Source of the DNA: an uncultured Candidatus Rokubacteria bacterium
GTDB taxonomy: Bacteria; Methylomirabilota; Methylomirabilia; Rokubacteriales; CSP1-6
Length of the DNA stretch: 64,000 nt
Reading direction: 5' to 3'
NCBI GenBank assembly: GCA_963771355.1
Contig: CAVYTA010000006.1
Coordinates: 1,632,001-1,696,000 of the forward strand
The position numbers were made by a program, and so were the translations under genes. The notes beneath the pieces were generated by a model, which did no database searches, had not been told where the DNA came from, and worked only from the letters and a program-made list of their open reading frames with translations. Of the stretch, positions 30,224 to 39,392 are shown in pieces (within the stretch, counting starts at the first letter, position 1; each line of letters starts with the position of its first letter).

Positions 30224-31270
30224 TCAGTACCCCATCGCCTCGCGCCGCAGATGGGCGGCCTGCTCCCGGCCGCGGCGCTCGTAGTGATAGAGGTCCACGT
30301 ATAGCTGCGGGAGGCAGACGACGGGCAGGCCTCCCTTGGTGATCGGGGCGTAGAAGACGCCTTCGTCGTACGGCTCGAGCAGGTTCACGTTCCCCTCACC
30401 CTCCGCGGGCCGCAGCCCGAGGCTCCGGACAATGGGCCCGGGATCGCCCTCCAGGTAGCAGTGAATGGCGGGAAAGCGCACGCTGGGCGCCACCAGCGCC
30501 GCACCCGAATGCAGGGTGAACGCATAGCGGCGGCCCTCCGCGTGGCATGCGCGCGCGACTTCGGCCACGAGCTTCCGGGTCATCCGCTCGGCCGAGAAGC
30601 ACGCCTCGACCCGATTCCGCCGATGGGTGTAGGCCTCGCGCCACCCCTCGAGCAGGTCCCCGGGCCGGCTCAGCCGGAATCGCTGATGCTCGTCCCGTTC
30701 CACCCAGGACAGGTCTTCCAGCCGCTTCACCACGTTGTGGGCATGCCCCAGGCTGACGTCCGCGCCCTTGGCCAGCTCTTCCAGCCGCCAGGCGTGCTGG
30801 GGATCGACGAGGAGCACCCGCGTGACACGTGTGGCCCGTGGCGCGAACAGCGAGCGTAACGGCCGCGTCGAGGGTCGGAGATTGGGCTTTCCGTCCTTCT
30901 CGATCAGCACATGATCGAAGGACAGATAACAGTTTCCCGAGAGATCTAGATAGCCGAGGCCGGTTCGCTTGAGAAGCGCCGCACTCTGGGGACTTACATA
31001 GTCGGCCACGACCACGGGATACGCCGACGGTACCTCCCGCCGCACCTCGCCAAGGCGGGTGATGGTCTCCCGAATCTGGCGTGGTTGTCCGACGGAACTG
31101 CTTTCGACGATCAGGGTCGACTCGGTGGTTCCCATCTTAAATCGAACCAGAAGATCAATGGTTTGCGAGCCGACGCGGAAGTCCGGATGCTCGTGCCAGC
31201 CGGTAGCTCGAGCAAACAGCTCCCGGAGCCGCTGTCCGGCGAATTGCTTGATGTTAACTGATTTAGCCAT
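30224..31270 (-). CDS. AbiEi-like (type IV TA antitoxin / DUF2186-like) transcriptional regulator
   Basis: YVSP...GYLDLSGNCYL, central wHTH (LEELAKGADVSLGHAHNVVKRL) and C-terminal QLYVDLY..RRGREQAA. Confidence 0.7.
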   Translation of the reverse strand: MAKSVNIKQFAGQRLRELFARATGWHEHPDFRVGSQTIDLLVRFKMGTTESTLIVESSSVGQPRQIRETITRLGEVRREVPSAYPVVVADYVSPQSAALLKRTGLGYLDLSGNCYLSFDHVLIEKDGKPNLRPSTRPLRSLFAPRATRVTRVLLVDPQHAWRLEELAKGADVSLGHAHNVVKRLEDLSWVERDEHQRFRLSRPGDLLEGWREAYTHRRNRVEACFSAERMTRKLVAEVARACHAEGRRYAFTLHSGAALVAPSVRFPAIHCYLEGDPGPIVRSLGLRPAEGEGNVNLLEPYDEGVFYAPITKGGLPVVCLPQLYVDLYHYERRGREQAAHLRREAMGY

Positions 31271-31289
31271 CGTTTCACTTGTTCCATAG

Positions 31290-31336
31290 GTTTCAGCGTC
31301 TGCTGAAACAATACGAACAGACGAAAGCCAAGTCAA
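31290..31336 (-). promoter_or_regulatory. sigma70 promoter with overlapping palindromic operator
   Basis: TTGACT (31331-31336) - 17 bp - TATTGT (31308-31313). Perfect inverted repeat GTTTCAGC-gtct-GCTGAAAC at 31290-31309. Confidence 0.7.
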
Positions 31337-31368
31337 GCAAAAACCCGCGCGGAGGAGGCGGGGGGACG

Positions 31369-31740
31369 CTACGAGTCTTGTTCGATCCCGTCCATGGTCT
31401 CGTCGTCGAGACCGAAATAGTGGCCCACCTCGTGGACCACCACATCGCGGACGAGGTCCGTCATCTCGTCGGGGTCCGCGCAGTCCGCCTCGATGGGCCC
31501 CTGATAGATGTGGATGGTGTCAGGCAGGACATTGCCGTAGCCGGAGTCGCGCCGGGTCAGATCGATGCCGCGGTAGAGGCCGTAGAGCGTGTCGGGCGGC
31601 TCGATCCCCATCTCGGCGAGGGTGGCCGCATCGGCCCAGTCCTCCACCACCACCGCCACGTTGGCAATGCGGTCGCGGAAGCGGCGCGGCAGACGCCGCA
31701 GAGCCCGCGCCACCAAGGCCTCGAACTGCGCGCGCGTCAT
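31369..31740 (-). CDS. Zincin-like metallopeptidase (Zincin_1 family)
   Basis: LYGLYRGI, PDTIHIYQGP and VVHEVGHYFG motifs. Confidence 0.88.
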   Translation of the reverse strand: MTRAQFEALVARALRRLPRRFRDRIANVAVVVEDWADAATLAEMGIEPPDTLYGLYRGIDLTRRDSGYGNVLPDTIHIYQGPIEADCADPDEMTDLVRDVVVHEVGHYFGLDDETMDGIEQDS

Positions 31741-31757
31741 GCGGGGAGCGTGAAAGG

Positions 31758-33899
31758 CTAGAGCCCGCGCACGCGCTCGACGTTGAAGACGTCTTTGACC
31801 TCGCGGATGGCCTGGAGAATCGCCTGCAGCTGCTTGAGGTCTTCCACCTCGACCACGAAGTGGTTGATGCCCTTGCGGTCGTCGGTGACGGTGATGTCGG
31901 CCTTGGTGATGTTGCCGTGGCAGGACGAGATGGCGGCGGTGATCTCGGCCAGGAGACCGGGACGGTCCTGCTCGATGTACACCGCGATGCGCACCGGCCG
32001 GGTGGCGGGCTCGCTGCCTTCCCACTCCACCGCCACGATGCGCTCCTTGTCGAGCACGTTCTTGACCACGGTGAGGCAGTCGCGGGCGTGCACGGTGAGG
32101 CCGCGGCCCCGCGTGATGAAGCCCACGATGCCGTCGCCCGGCACCGGGGCGCAGCACTTGCCGAAGCGGACGAGGAGGTCGTCGACGCCCCGGATGCGCA
32201 CGGCGCCGTCGCTCTTGCGGGGCGCCTTCTGCGGCGTCCGGGTCTCCACCGGGTCGTGCACCGCGCCGGGGGCAACTCGACCCAGCACCTGCTGCACGGA
32301 GGTCTTCCCGTAGCCGATGGAGGCCACCAGGTCGTCCACGGAGGGGAAGCCGAGCTCGGCGATGACCTTGCGCATCTCGTCCCCGCCCAGGAGCGCGCCG
32401 GGCGAGAGGCGGTACTTCTTCGCCTCCCGCTCGAACAGCTCGCGCCCGAGCTCGAGGGAGCGGGCCCGCTCCTCCACCTTGAGCCACTGGTTGATCTTGG
32501 CGCGCGCGCGGTTGGACTTGACGATCTTGAGCCAGTCGCGGCTCGGGTGCTGGGCGGGAGAGGCGACCACCTCGACGATGTCCCCCTGCCGGAGCGTGTA
32601 GCGCAGCGGCACCAGCTTGCCATTGACCTTCGCGCCCACGCAGTGGTGGCCGACGTCGGTGTGCACGGCATAGGCGAAGTCGATGGGGGTGGCCCCTTCC
32701 GGCAGCGACTTGACGTCGCCCTTCGGCGTGAAGACGTAGACCTCGTCGGGAAAGAGGTCGAGGCGCACGGTGTCGAGAAATTCCTTCGGGTCCGTGACCT
32801 CCTTCTGCGACTCCATGAGCTGCCGGAGCCAGGTGAAGGCGTCGTCGAACTTGTCCCGATCGTTGCGGCGCTCCTTGTAGAGCCAGTGGGCCGCGATGCC
32901 CTCCTCGGCGATGCGGTGCATCTCCAGGGTGCGGATCTGGATCTCCACCGGGTCCCCCTTGGGGCCGATCACGGTGGTGTGGAGCGACTGGTACATGTTG
33001 ACCTTGGGCATCGCGATGAAGTCCTTGAAGCGGCCGGGCACCGGCTTCCACAGCGAGTGGATGACGCCGAGGGCGCCATAGCAGTCGCGCACGGACTTCG
33101 TGATCACGCGGACGGCGGTGAGGTCGTAGATCTCGTCGAACTCCCGTCCGCCCTCGTGCATCTTCTTCCAGATGGAGTAGAAGTGCTTGGGGCGGCCGGC
33201 GATGCGCACCTCGATCCCCACTTCCCCCAGCTTGCTCTGGAGGATGGCGATCAGCTGGTTGATCTCGTTCTCACGCTCGAGGCGGCGCTTGGCCACCCGC
33301 CGCATGAGCTCCTGGTAATCCTCCGGATTCATCACCCGGAGCGCCAGGTCCTCGAGCTCGGCCTTCACCTTGGCCATGCCGAGCCGATGGGCGAGCGGCG
33401 CGTAGATGTCGAGGGTCTCCTGGGCGATCTTCTTGGCCTTCTCCGACGGCAGGTAGTCGAGGGTCCGCATGTTGTGGAGGCGATCGGCGAGCTTGATCAT
33501 CAGCACGCGGATGTCGCGCGCCATCGCCACCACCATCTTGCGGAAGTTCTCCGCCTGGCGCTCCTCGCGCGAGGAGAAGGCCAGCTTCCCGATCTTGGTG
33601 ACCCCGTCCACCAGCTCGGCGATCTCGGCGCCGAACTCCCGGGCCAGGTCCTCCTTGGTGGCGTGGGTATCCTCGAGCACGTCGTGGAGGAGGCCGGCCG
33701 TGACCGTGGTCACGTCCATCTTGAAGTTGACGAGGAGGCCGGCGACCTCCAAGGGGTGAGATAGGTACGGTTCGCCGGAGGCCCGCTGCTGCCCATGATG
33801 CGAGCGCTCCGAAAAGCGGTAGGCGCGATGGACGAGGTCCAGGTCAGCCGTTGGCTGGTACTTGGGGATCTCCTCGATCAGCGTCTGGAGTTGGATCAA
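31758..33899 (-). CDS. rel: Bifunctional (p)ppGpp synthetase/hydrolase Rel
   Basis: HDVLED hydrolase motif, RFKD, YQSLHT, TGS and ACT domains. TTG start with AGGAGG RBS. Confidence 0.96.
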   Translation of the reverse strand: MIQLQTLIEEIPKYQPTADLDLVHRAYRFSERSHHGQQRASGEPYLSHPLEVAGLLVNFKMDVTTVTAGLLHDVLEDTHATKEDLAREFGAEIAELVDGVTKIGKLAFSSREERQAENFRKMVVAMARDIRVLMIKLADRLHNMRTLDYLPSEKAKKIAQETLDIYAPLAHRLGMAKVKAELEDLALRVMNPEDYQELMRRVAKRRLERENEINQLIAILQSKLGEVGIEVRIAGRPKHFYSIWKKMHEGGREFDEIYDLTAVRVITKSVRDCYGALGVIHSLWKPVPGRFKDFIAMPKVNMYQSLHTTVIGPKGDPVEIQIRTLEMHRIAEEGIAAHWLYKERRNDRDKFDDAFTWLRQLMESQKEVTDPKEFLDTVRLDLFPDEVYVFTPKGDVKSLPEGATPIDFAYAVHTDVGHHCVGAKVNGKLVPLRYTLRQGDIVEVVASPAQHPSRDWLKIVKSNRARAKINQWLKVEERARSLELGRELFEREAKKYRLSPGALLGGDEMRKVIAELGFPSVDDLVASIGYGKTSVQQVLGRVAPGAVHDPVETRTPQKAPRKSDGAVRIRGVDDLLVRFGKCCAPVPGDGIVGFITRGRGLTVHARDCLTVVKNVLDKERIVAVEWEGSEPATRPVRIAVYIEQDRPGLLAEITAAISSCHGNITKADITVTDDRKGINHFVVEVEDLKQLQAILQAIREVKDVFNVERVRGL

Positions 33900-33941
33900 C
33901 CCGTGTCCTCCCTAGGTTGACCACTAATTTTGCCACCAAAA

Positions 33942-34880
33942 TCAGGCTTTTGCTACCACTTTCTTGGGGCGCCGGAGCTTCCCCTCCACCCACTCCGTCC
34001 ATTCCACGATCAGAGCTCCGGCGATATAGATGGTCGAGTAGGTGCCCGTCACCACCCCTACGGTCAGGACGAAGGCCAGGTCCTCCAGCACCTTGCCCCC
34101 GAAGAGATACAGGACCACGGTGGAGAAGAAGACGGTCAGGGCGGTCAGCACCGTCCGGGAGAGGGTCTCGTTGATCGCCCGGTTGATCTGCTGAGCGAAG
34201 GGCTCGCCGCGGCGCGCTCCCTTCCCCCGGTTCTCCCGGACCCGGTCGTACGCGACGATGGTGTCGTTGACGGAGTAGCCGATGATGGTGAGGAGCGCGG
34301 CGAGCACCGGCAGCGACATCTCGCGGTTGGTCAGCGACATCGCCCCCAGGCAGACGAGCACGTCGTGGATGATGGCCGCCACCGAGGCCACGCCCCCCTT
34401 CACGTCGAAACGAAAAGCGATATAGATCAGGATCCCCGCCATGCTGACCAGCACCGCATAGATGGCCTGGAGCTGGAGATCACGGCCGACCTGCGGCCCC
34501 ACGAACTCCACGCGACGGATCTCGGGACGGCCCAGGCTCGGGTCCTTGGCCAGGGCCCCCTGGACCTGGGCGGTGACCTGCTCCACCGAGGCATTCTGGA
34601 GCGGCAGCCGGAGGATGAACTCACGGGGGTCCCCGAACTCCTGGATGACGCTCTCACCCAGCTTGATGTCCTCCAGCGCGGTCCGGATCTTCTCGACCGC
34701 GACCGGCTTCTCGAAGCGGACCTGGATGAGGGTGCCGCCGGAGAAGTCGATCCCGTAGCGGAGCCCGCCCTTCATCGCCATGGACCCCAGCCCCACGAGG
34801 ATGAAGGCGATGGACAGCAGATAGGCCCAGCGGCGCCGGCCGATGAAATTGTAGTTCGGGTTGTGGAAGAGCTGGATCAT
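33942..34880 (-). CDS. secF: Protein translocase subunit SecF
   Basis: GIDFSGG, VGPQVG and GYSVNDTIVAYDRVRE motifs. Confidence 0.96.
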   Translation of the reverse strand: MIQLFHNPNYNFIGRRRWAYLLSIAFILVGLGSMAMKGGLRYGIDFSGGTLIQVRFEKPVAVEKIRTALEDIKLGESVIQEFGDPREFILRLPLQNASVEQVTAQVQGALAKDPSLGRPEIRRVEFVGPQVGRDLQLQAIYAVLVSMAGILIYIAFRFDVKGGVASVAAIIHDVLVCLGAMSLTNREMSLPVLAALLTIIGYSVNDTIVAYDRVRENRGKGARRGEPFAQQINRAINETLSRTVLTALTVFFSTVVLYLFGGKVLEDLAFVLTVGVVTGTYSTIYIAGALIVEWTEWVEGKLRRPKKVVAKA

Positions 34881-36487
34881 ATGGACAGGGACGCGTGCTT
34901 CCGGGAGCCCATGTAGATCAGGTCGAACACCAATCGCGTGAAGAACACCGCGGTGAAGAGGCTCGCCGCGATCCCGATCATGAGCGACACCGCGAAGCCC
35001 TTCACCGGCCCGGTGCCGAACTGGAACAGGATGAGGCCGGACACCAGCACGGTGACGTGGGTGTCGATGACGGTCTTGAACGCGCGCGCGAAGCCGGCGT
35101 CGATAGCGGCGCGCACGGTCTTCCCCGCCCGTAGCTCCTCCCGGATCCGCTCGAAGATGAGGATGTTAGTGTCCACCGCCATGCCGATGGTCAGCACGAT
35201 GCCGGCGATGCCGGGCAGCGTGAGGGTGGCCTGAAAGGCCGCCATGGCGGCCAGCAGGATGAGCAGGTTGAGGCCGAGCGCGAGGTCGGCGATGAGGCCG
35301 GACAGCCGATAGTAGACGAGCATGAAGAGGACGACCACCACGCCCGCCGCCAGGGTGGACCAGACGCCGCGCTGTATGGAGTCAGCGCCCAGCGACGGCC
35401 CCACCGTGCGCTCCTCCAGCACCTGGACCGGCGCCGGCAGCGCGCCCGCCCGCAGCACGATGGCGAGGTCGGTGGCCTCCTCGCTGGTGAAGCCCCCGGT
35501 GATCTGAGCCTGCCCGGAGGGGATCCGCTCGCGGATGACCGGGGCGGAGTGGACATTGCCGTCGAGCACGATAGCCAGGCGCCGGCCCACGTTGGCCTCG
35601 GTGAGCTCGCCGAAGGCCTTGGCGCCCGCCGCGTTGAACTCCACCGACACGTAGGGCTCGCTGGTGTTCTGGTCGATGGAGACGCGCGCGGTGGAGAGGT
35701 CGGCCCCGGTCAGCAGCGTCTTCTTCTGGACCACGTAGGGGATCTTCCGTTCCTGCTTCGTCTCGCGGTCCACCCGCCGCTGATAGAGGAGCTCGTCACC
35801 CTCGGGCACCCCTTCGCGCACCGCTCGCTCCGGGTCCACTTTCTCGTCGATCAGCTTGAACTCGAGGAGCGCGGTCTTGCCGATGAGGGCCTTGGCGCGC
35901 TCCGGGTCCTGCACGCCCGGGAGCTGGATGAGGATGCGATTGTCCCCCTGCTGCTGGATGGAGGGCTCGGCCACGCCGAACTGGTCCACGCGATTGCGGA
36001 TGGTCTCGAGCCCCTGCCGGACGGCCAGGTCCTTGAGGTGGGCCACCTCGCGCGGAGACATGGCGAGGACGAATCGGGCCGCCGCCTGATCCGCCTCCTT
36101 GGTCTCGAAGGTCGCGAGCTCGGCCACCGCGGTCTGGGCCGTGCTCCACGTCTGTGCCGAGGCGAGCTCCACCACCAGCTCGGTGGCGCCGCGCCGCTCG
36201 ATGCGCTTGACCCCCACGCCGCGCCGCTCCAGGGCGGCGCGCATGCTGGTGGCCGCGCGCTCCACCTGCGCCTCCAGCGCCTTGTCGAGGTCGATGCCCA
36301 GCACGAGGTGGATCCCGCCCTGGAGGTCGAGCCCGAGATTGATGGTTCGGGGCAGGAGCCCTCCCTTGCCCGCGGGCGCCTGGCCATAGAGCAGCGGCCG
36401 CACGAAGGGCGGCGGATAGAGATAGATGAGCGAGCCCACGATGACCGCGGCCACGATGCCGATCCGCAGCCAGAGGTTTCGCCGCAT
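34877..36487 (-). CDS. secD: Protein translocase subunit SecD
   Basis: LGLDLQGG, RAGALPAP and GMAVDTNILIFERIRE motifs. Confidence 0.97.
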   Translation of the reverse strand: MRRNLWLRIGIVAAVIVGSLIYLYPPPFVRPLLYGQAPAGKGGLLPRTINLGLDLQGGIHLVLGIDLDKALEAQVERAATSMRAALERRGVGVKRIERRGATELVVELASAQTWSTAQTAVAELATFETKEADQAAARFVLAMSPREVAHLKDLAVRQGLETIRNRVDQFGVAEPSIQQQGDNRILIQLPGVQDPERAKALIGKTALLEFKLIDEKVDPERAVREGVPEGDELLYQRRVDRETKQERKIPYVVQKKTLLTGADLSTARVSIDQNTSEPYVSVEFNAAGAKAFGELTEANVGRRLAIVLDGNVHSAPVIRERIPSGQAQITGGFTSEEATDLAIVLRAGALPAPVQVLEERTVGPSLGADSIQRGVWSTLAAGVVVVLFMLVYYRLSGLIADLALGLNLLILLAAMAAFQATLTLPGIAGIVLTIGMAVDTNILIFERIREELRAGKTVRAAIDAGFARAFKTVIDTHVTVLVSGLILFQFGTGPVKGFAVSLMIGIAASLFTAVFFTRLVFDLIYMGSRKHASLSI

Positions 36488-36831
36488 CAGGCGTTGCCGT
36501 CCTTCTCACCCGCCGCGGGCACGATGCGCCCGATGGCGGCGCGGTCGAATGTCAGCTTCACCTGATCGCTCACCCGGAGAATGACGGTGTGCTCGTCGAG
36601 GCCGGAAACCGTCCCGTGAATCCCGCTGGTGGTCACCACGCGGTCGCCCTTCTTGATGGCGGCGAGGAGGGACTCGCGCTCCTTCTTCTGCTTCTGCTGC
36701 GGTCGGATGACGATGAAGTACATGATGGCGAACATGCCAACCATCAGCGGCAGGATGGACATGAGGCCGCCGTTGCTTCCGCCGCCCGGCGGCGCTGCCA
36801 TCGCGTAGGCGAGATCCACCATGAAGCTCAA
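36487..36831 (-). CDS. yajC: Preprotein translocase subunit YajC
   Basis: YFIVIRPQQK and KGDRVVTTSGIHG motifs. Start at 36831 or 36822. Confidence 0.95.
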   Translation of the reverse strand: MSFMVDLAYAMAAPPGGGSNGGLMSILPLMVGMFAIMYFIVIRPQQKQKKERESLLAAIKKGDRVVTTSGIHGTVSGLDEHTVILRVSDQVKLTFDRAAIGRIVPAAGEKDGNA

Positions 36832-37985
36832 GCCTCCCTGTCAGACGTATCGGTGTCGGAGCCGAGTTGCGATTCTACCCCATATCGCTCGATAAACCGA
36901 GCGCGGAATGCCCGGAAGCGGCCCTCCGTGATCGCCGCGCGCATCGCGGCCACGAGATCCTGATAGAAGGTCACGTTGTGCAGAGTGAGAAGACGGTAGG
37001 CGAGGAGCTCCCGCGCCATGAAGAGGTGGCGGACGTAGGCGCGCGAGAAGCCGCGGCACGTCTCGCACGCGCATTCCGCGTCGAGCGGGGCCGGATCCCG
37101 CGCGAAGCGCGCGTTGCTGATCGCGAGAGGACCCGCCGCGGTGAAGGCCTGCCCGTTCCGGGCGTTGCGCGTGGGCAAGACGCAGTCGAAGAGATCCACG
37201 CCGCGCGCCACCGCTTCCACCAGGTCGGCCGGCTTCCCCACGCCCATGAGATAGCGCGGGCGGTGCTTCGGCAACAGCGACGCGGTCAGCTCGGCGATGT
37301 CGTAGAGAACCGGCTTCGGCTCACCGACGGCGAGGCCGCCGATGGCGTAGCCGGGCAGGTCCAGCGCTACCGCCTCTTCGGCGGCGCGCTGCCGCAGCGC
37401 AGGATACATGCCGCCCTGCACGATGCCGAAGAGCGCCTGGCTTCCGTCCCCCCGCGCGTGCGCCGCCACCGTGCGCGCCAGCCACCGCTGGGTGCGCGCC
37501 AGCGAGCGCTCCGTCTCGGGCGCGGTCGCGGGATGCGCGAGGCACTCGTCCAGGGGATGGATGATGTCCACGCCCAGCGCCTGCTGAATCTCCACGCAGC
37601 GCTCGGGCGAGAGCATGCGCAGCGAGCCGTCCACGTGCGAGCGGAACTCGACCCCCTCCTCGCCGAGACGCCGGAGCTTGGCGAGACTCCACACCTGAAA
37701 GCCGCCGGAGTCGGTGAGGATGGGACCGTCCCAGCCCATGAAGCGGTGGAGCCCGCCCAGCTCGCGCACCGCCTCGTGGCCGGGACGCAGGAAGAGATGA
37801 TAGGTGTTGGCGAGCACCATCTGCGCTCCCGCGGCGCGGATGTCGCCGGGAGCCAGGCTCTTCACGGTCCCCAGCGTGGCCACCGGCATGAACGCGGGCG
37901 TGTCCACCGCGCCATGCGGCGTGAGGAGACGGGCCCGCCGCGCGGCGCCGTCGGTGGCCAGGAGCTCGAACGCGAAGCCGCCCAC
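36828..37985 (-). CDS. tgt: tRNA-guanine transglycosylase
   Basis: TPAFMPV, TDSGGFQ and DCVLPTRNAR motifs, plus a Zn site. Confidence 0.96.
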   Translation of the reverse strand: MGGFAFELLATDGAARRARLLTPHGAVDTPAFMPVATLGTVKSLAPGDIRAAGAQMVLANTYHLFLRPGHEAVRELGGLHRFMGWDGPILTDSGGFQVWSLAKLRRLGEEGVEFRSHVDGSLRMLSPERCVEIQQALGVDIIHPLDECLAHPATAPETERSLARTQRWLARTVAAHARGDGSQALFGIVQGGMYPALRQRAAEEAVALDLPGYAIGGLAVGEPKPVLYDIAELTASLLPKHRPRYLMGVGKPADLVEAVARGVDLFDCVLPTRNARNGQAFTAAGPLAISNARFARDPAPLDAECACETCRGFSRAYVRHLFMARELLAYRLLTLHNVTFYQDLVAAMRAAITEGRFRAFRARFIERYGVESQLGSDTDTSDREA

Positions 37986-37989
37986 GCCG

Positions 37990-39027
37990 CTACTCGATCA
38001 GCATCGCGTCGCCGTAGGAATAGAAACGGTAGCCGGCGGCGATGGCGTGGCGATAGGCCGCCAGCACGAGCTCGAGGCCCGCGAAGGCGGCGACCAGCAC
38101 GAGGAGCGTGGACCGCGGGAGGTGGAAGTTGGTGAGGAGCGCGTCCACCGCGCGGAAGCGATGCGGCGGGCGGATGAAGAGGTCGGCCGCCCCCTGGCGG
38201 GCCGCCACGCGGCCCTGCGCGTCCGCCGCCCACTCGAGCGCGCGCGTGGTGGTGGTGCCCACCGCGATCACGCGCCGGTTCGTCGCGCGCGCTCGATTGA
38301 CCGCCGACGCGGTGGCGGCGGGGATGTCCACCGCCTCCGCCTCCATCCGGTGCTCCTCCACCGTCGCCGACCGGAGCGGCCGGAACGTTGCCGGGCCCAC
38401 GTGCAGCGTGAGCGGGTGCACCTCGGCTCCCCGCGCGTGCACGCGCGCGAGCAGCTCCGGGGTGAAGTGGAGGCCGGCGGTCGGCGCGGCCACCGAGCCC
38501 TCCGCGCGCGCGTAGACGGTCTGGTAGCGCTCCCGGTCATCGGGCTTGGGGGCTCCGTGCCGCTCGATATAGGGCGGTAGCGGCGGCAGCCCGTACCGCT
38601 CCAGCAGCTCGCGGGCGGGCCAGGGAGACTCGAGCGCCACCACGCGGCGGCCCTCCTCCCCCTGCCCGACCACCGCGGCGTGCGCGACGCCTCCGCCCAG
38701 CGCGATCCGCGCGCCGACCCGGCACCGTCGCGCCGGCCGCGCCAGCGCCTCCCAGCGGCCGGGCTCGAGCTCGCGGAGCAGCAGGAGCTCCACCGGGCGG
38801 CCGTCCTCGGCGAGCGCGCCGAGCAGGCGCGCCGGGATCACGCGGCTCTCGTTGAGGACGAGGCAGTCGTCGGGCCGCAGCAGCTCCGGCAGGTCCGCGA
38901 AGCGGCGGTCCGCCCAGCGCGCGCGGGCACGGTCCAGGACGAGCAGCCGCGAGCCGTCACGCGGGGTGGCGGGCTCCTGCGCGATCGCCGAGGGGGGGAG
39001 TTGGTAGTCGAACTGCGTGAGGTCCAT
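37990..39027 (-). CDS. queA: S-adenosylmethionine:tRNA ribosyltransferase-isomerase
   Basis: PLPPYI, AAPTAGLHF, TNFHLPRST and YRFYSYGDAM motifs. Confidence 0.97.
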   Translation of the reverse strand: MDLTQFDYQLPPSAIAQEPATPRDGSRLLVLDRARARWADRRFADLPELLRPDDCLVLNESRVIPARLLGALAEDGRPVELLLLRELEPGRWEALARPARRCRVGARIALGGGVAHAAVVGQGEEGRRVVALESPWPARELLERYGLPPLPPYIERHGAPKPDDRERYQTVYARAEGSVAAPTAGLHFTPELLARVHARGAEVHPLTLHVGPATFRPLRSATVEEHRMEAEAVDIPAATASAVNRARATNRRVIAVGTTTTRALEWAADAQGRVAARQGAADLFIRPPHRFRAVDALLTNFHLPRSTLLVLVAAFAGLELVLAAYRHAIAAGYRFYSYGDAMLIE

Positions 39028-39048
39028 CCGGTTTCGGAGTGTAGCAAA

Positions 39049-39381
39049 TCACCCGATGCGCGCGCCCGGCGAGACCTCGAAATCGGGGCGCAGGAGTATC
39101 ACCTGGCCCGCCTCGTCGTAGGCCCCGAGCACGAGCACCTCGGAGACGAACGGCCCGATCTGCTTGGGCGGAAAGTTCACCACCGCGATGACCGCGCGGC
39201 CGATCAGATCGGGGGCGGAGTAACGATGGGTGATCTGGGCGCTGGAGCGCTTGACGCCCAGCGGCCCGAAGTCTACCCAGAGCTTGTAGGCCGGCTGCCG
39301 CGCCTCCGGGAATTCCTGGGCGTCGACCACCACGCCCACGCGCATGTCGACCTTCTCGAACTCGGCCCAGGTGAGGCCCAT
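39049..39381 (-). CDS. csaA: tRNA-binding protein / secretion chaperone CsaA
   Basis: KRSSAQIT and VVNFPPKQIG motifs. Confidence 0.9.
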   Translation of the reverse strand: MGLTWAEFEKVDMRVGVVVDAQEFPEARQPAYKLWVDFGPLGVKRSSAQITHRYSAPDLIGRAVIAVVNFPPKQIGPFVSEVLVLGAYDEAGQVILLRPDFEVSPGARIG

Positions 39382-39392
39382 GCGGGCCTGGG

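Noticed and set aside
30224..31270. Complete type IV toxin-antitoxin system or prophage/defence island
   Set aside because: There is no AbiEii nucleotidyltransferase, integrase or att-like repeat nearby, and the flanks are housekeeping genes.
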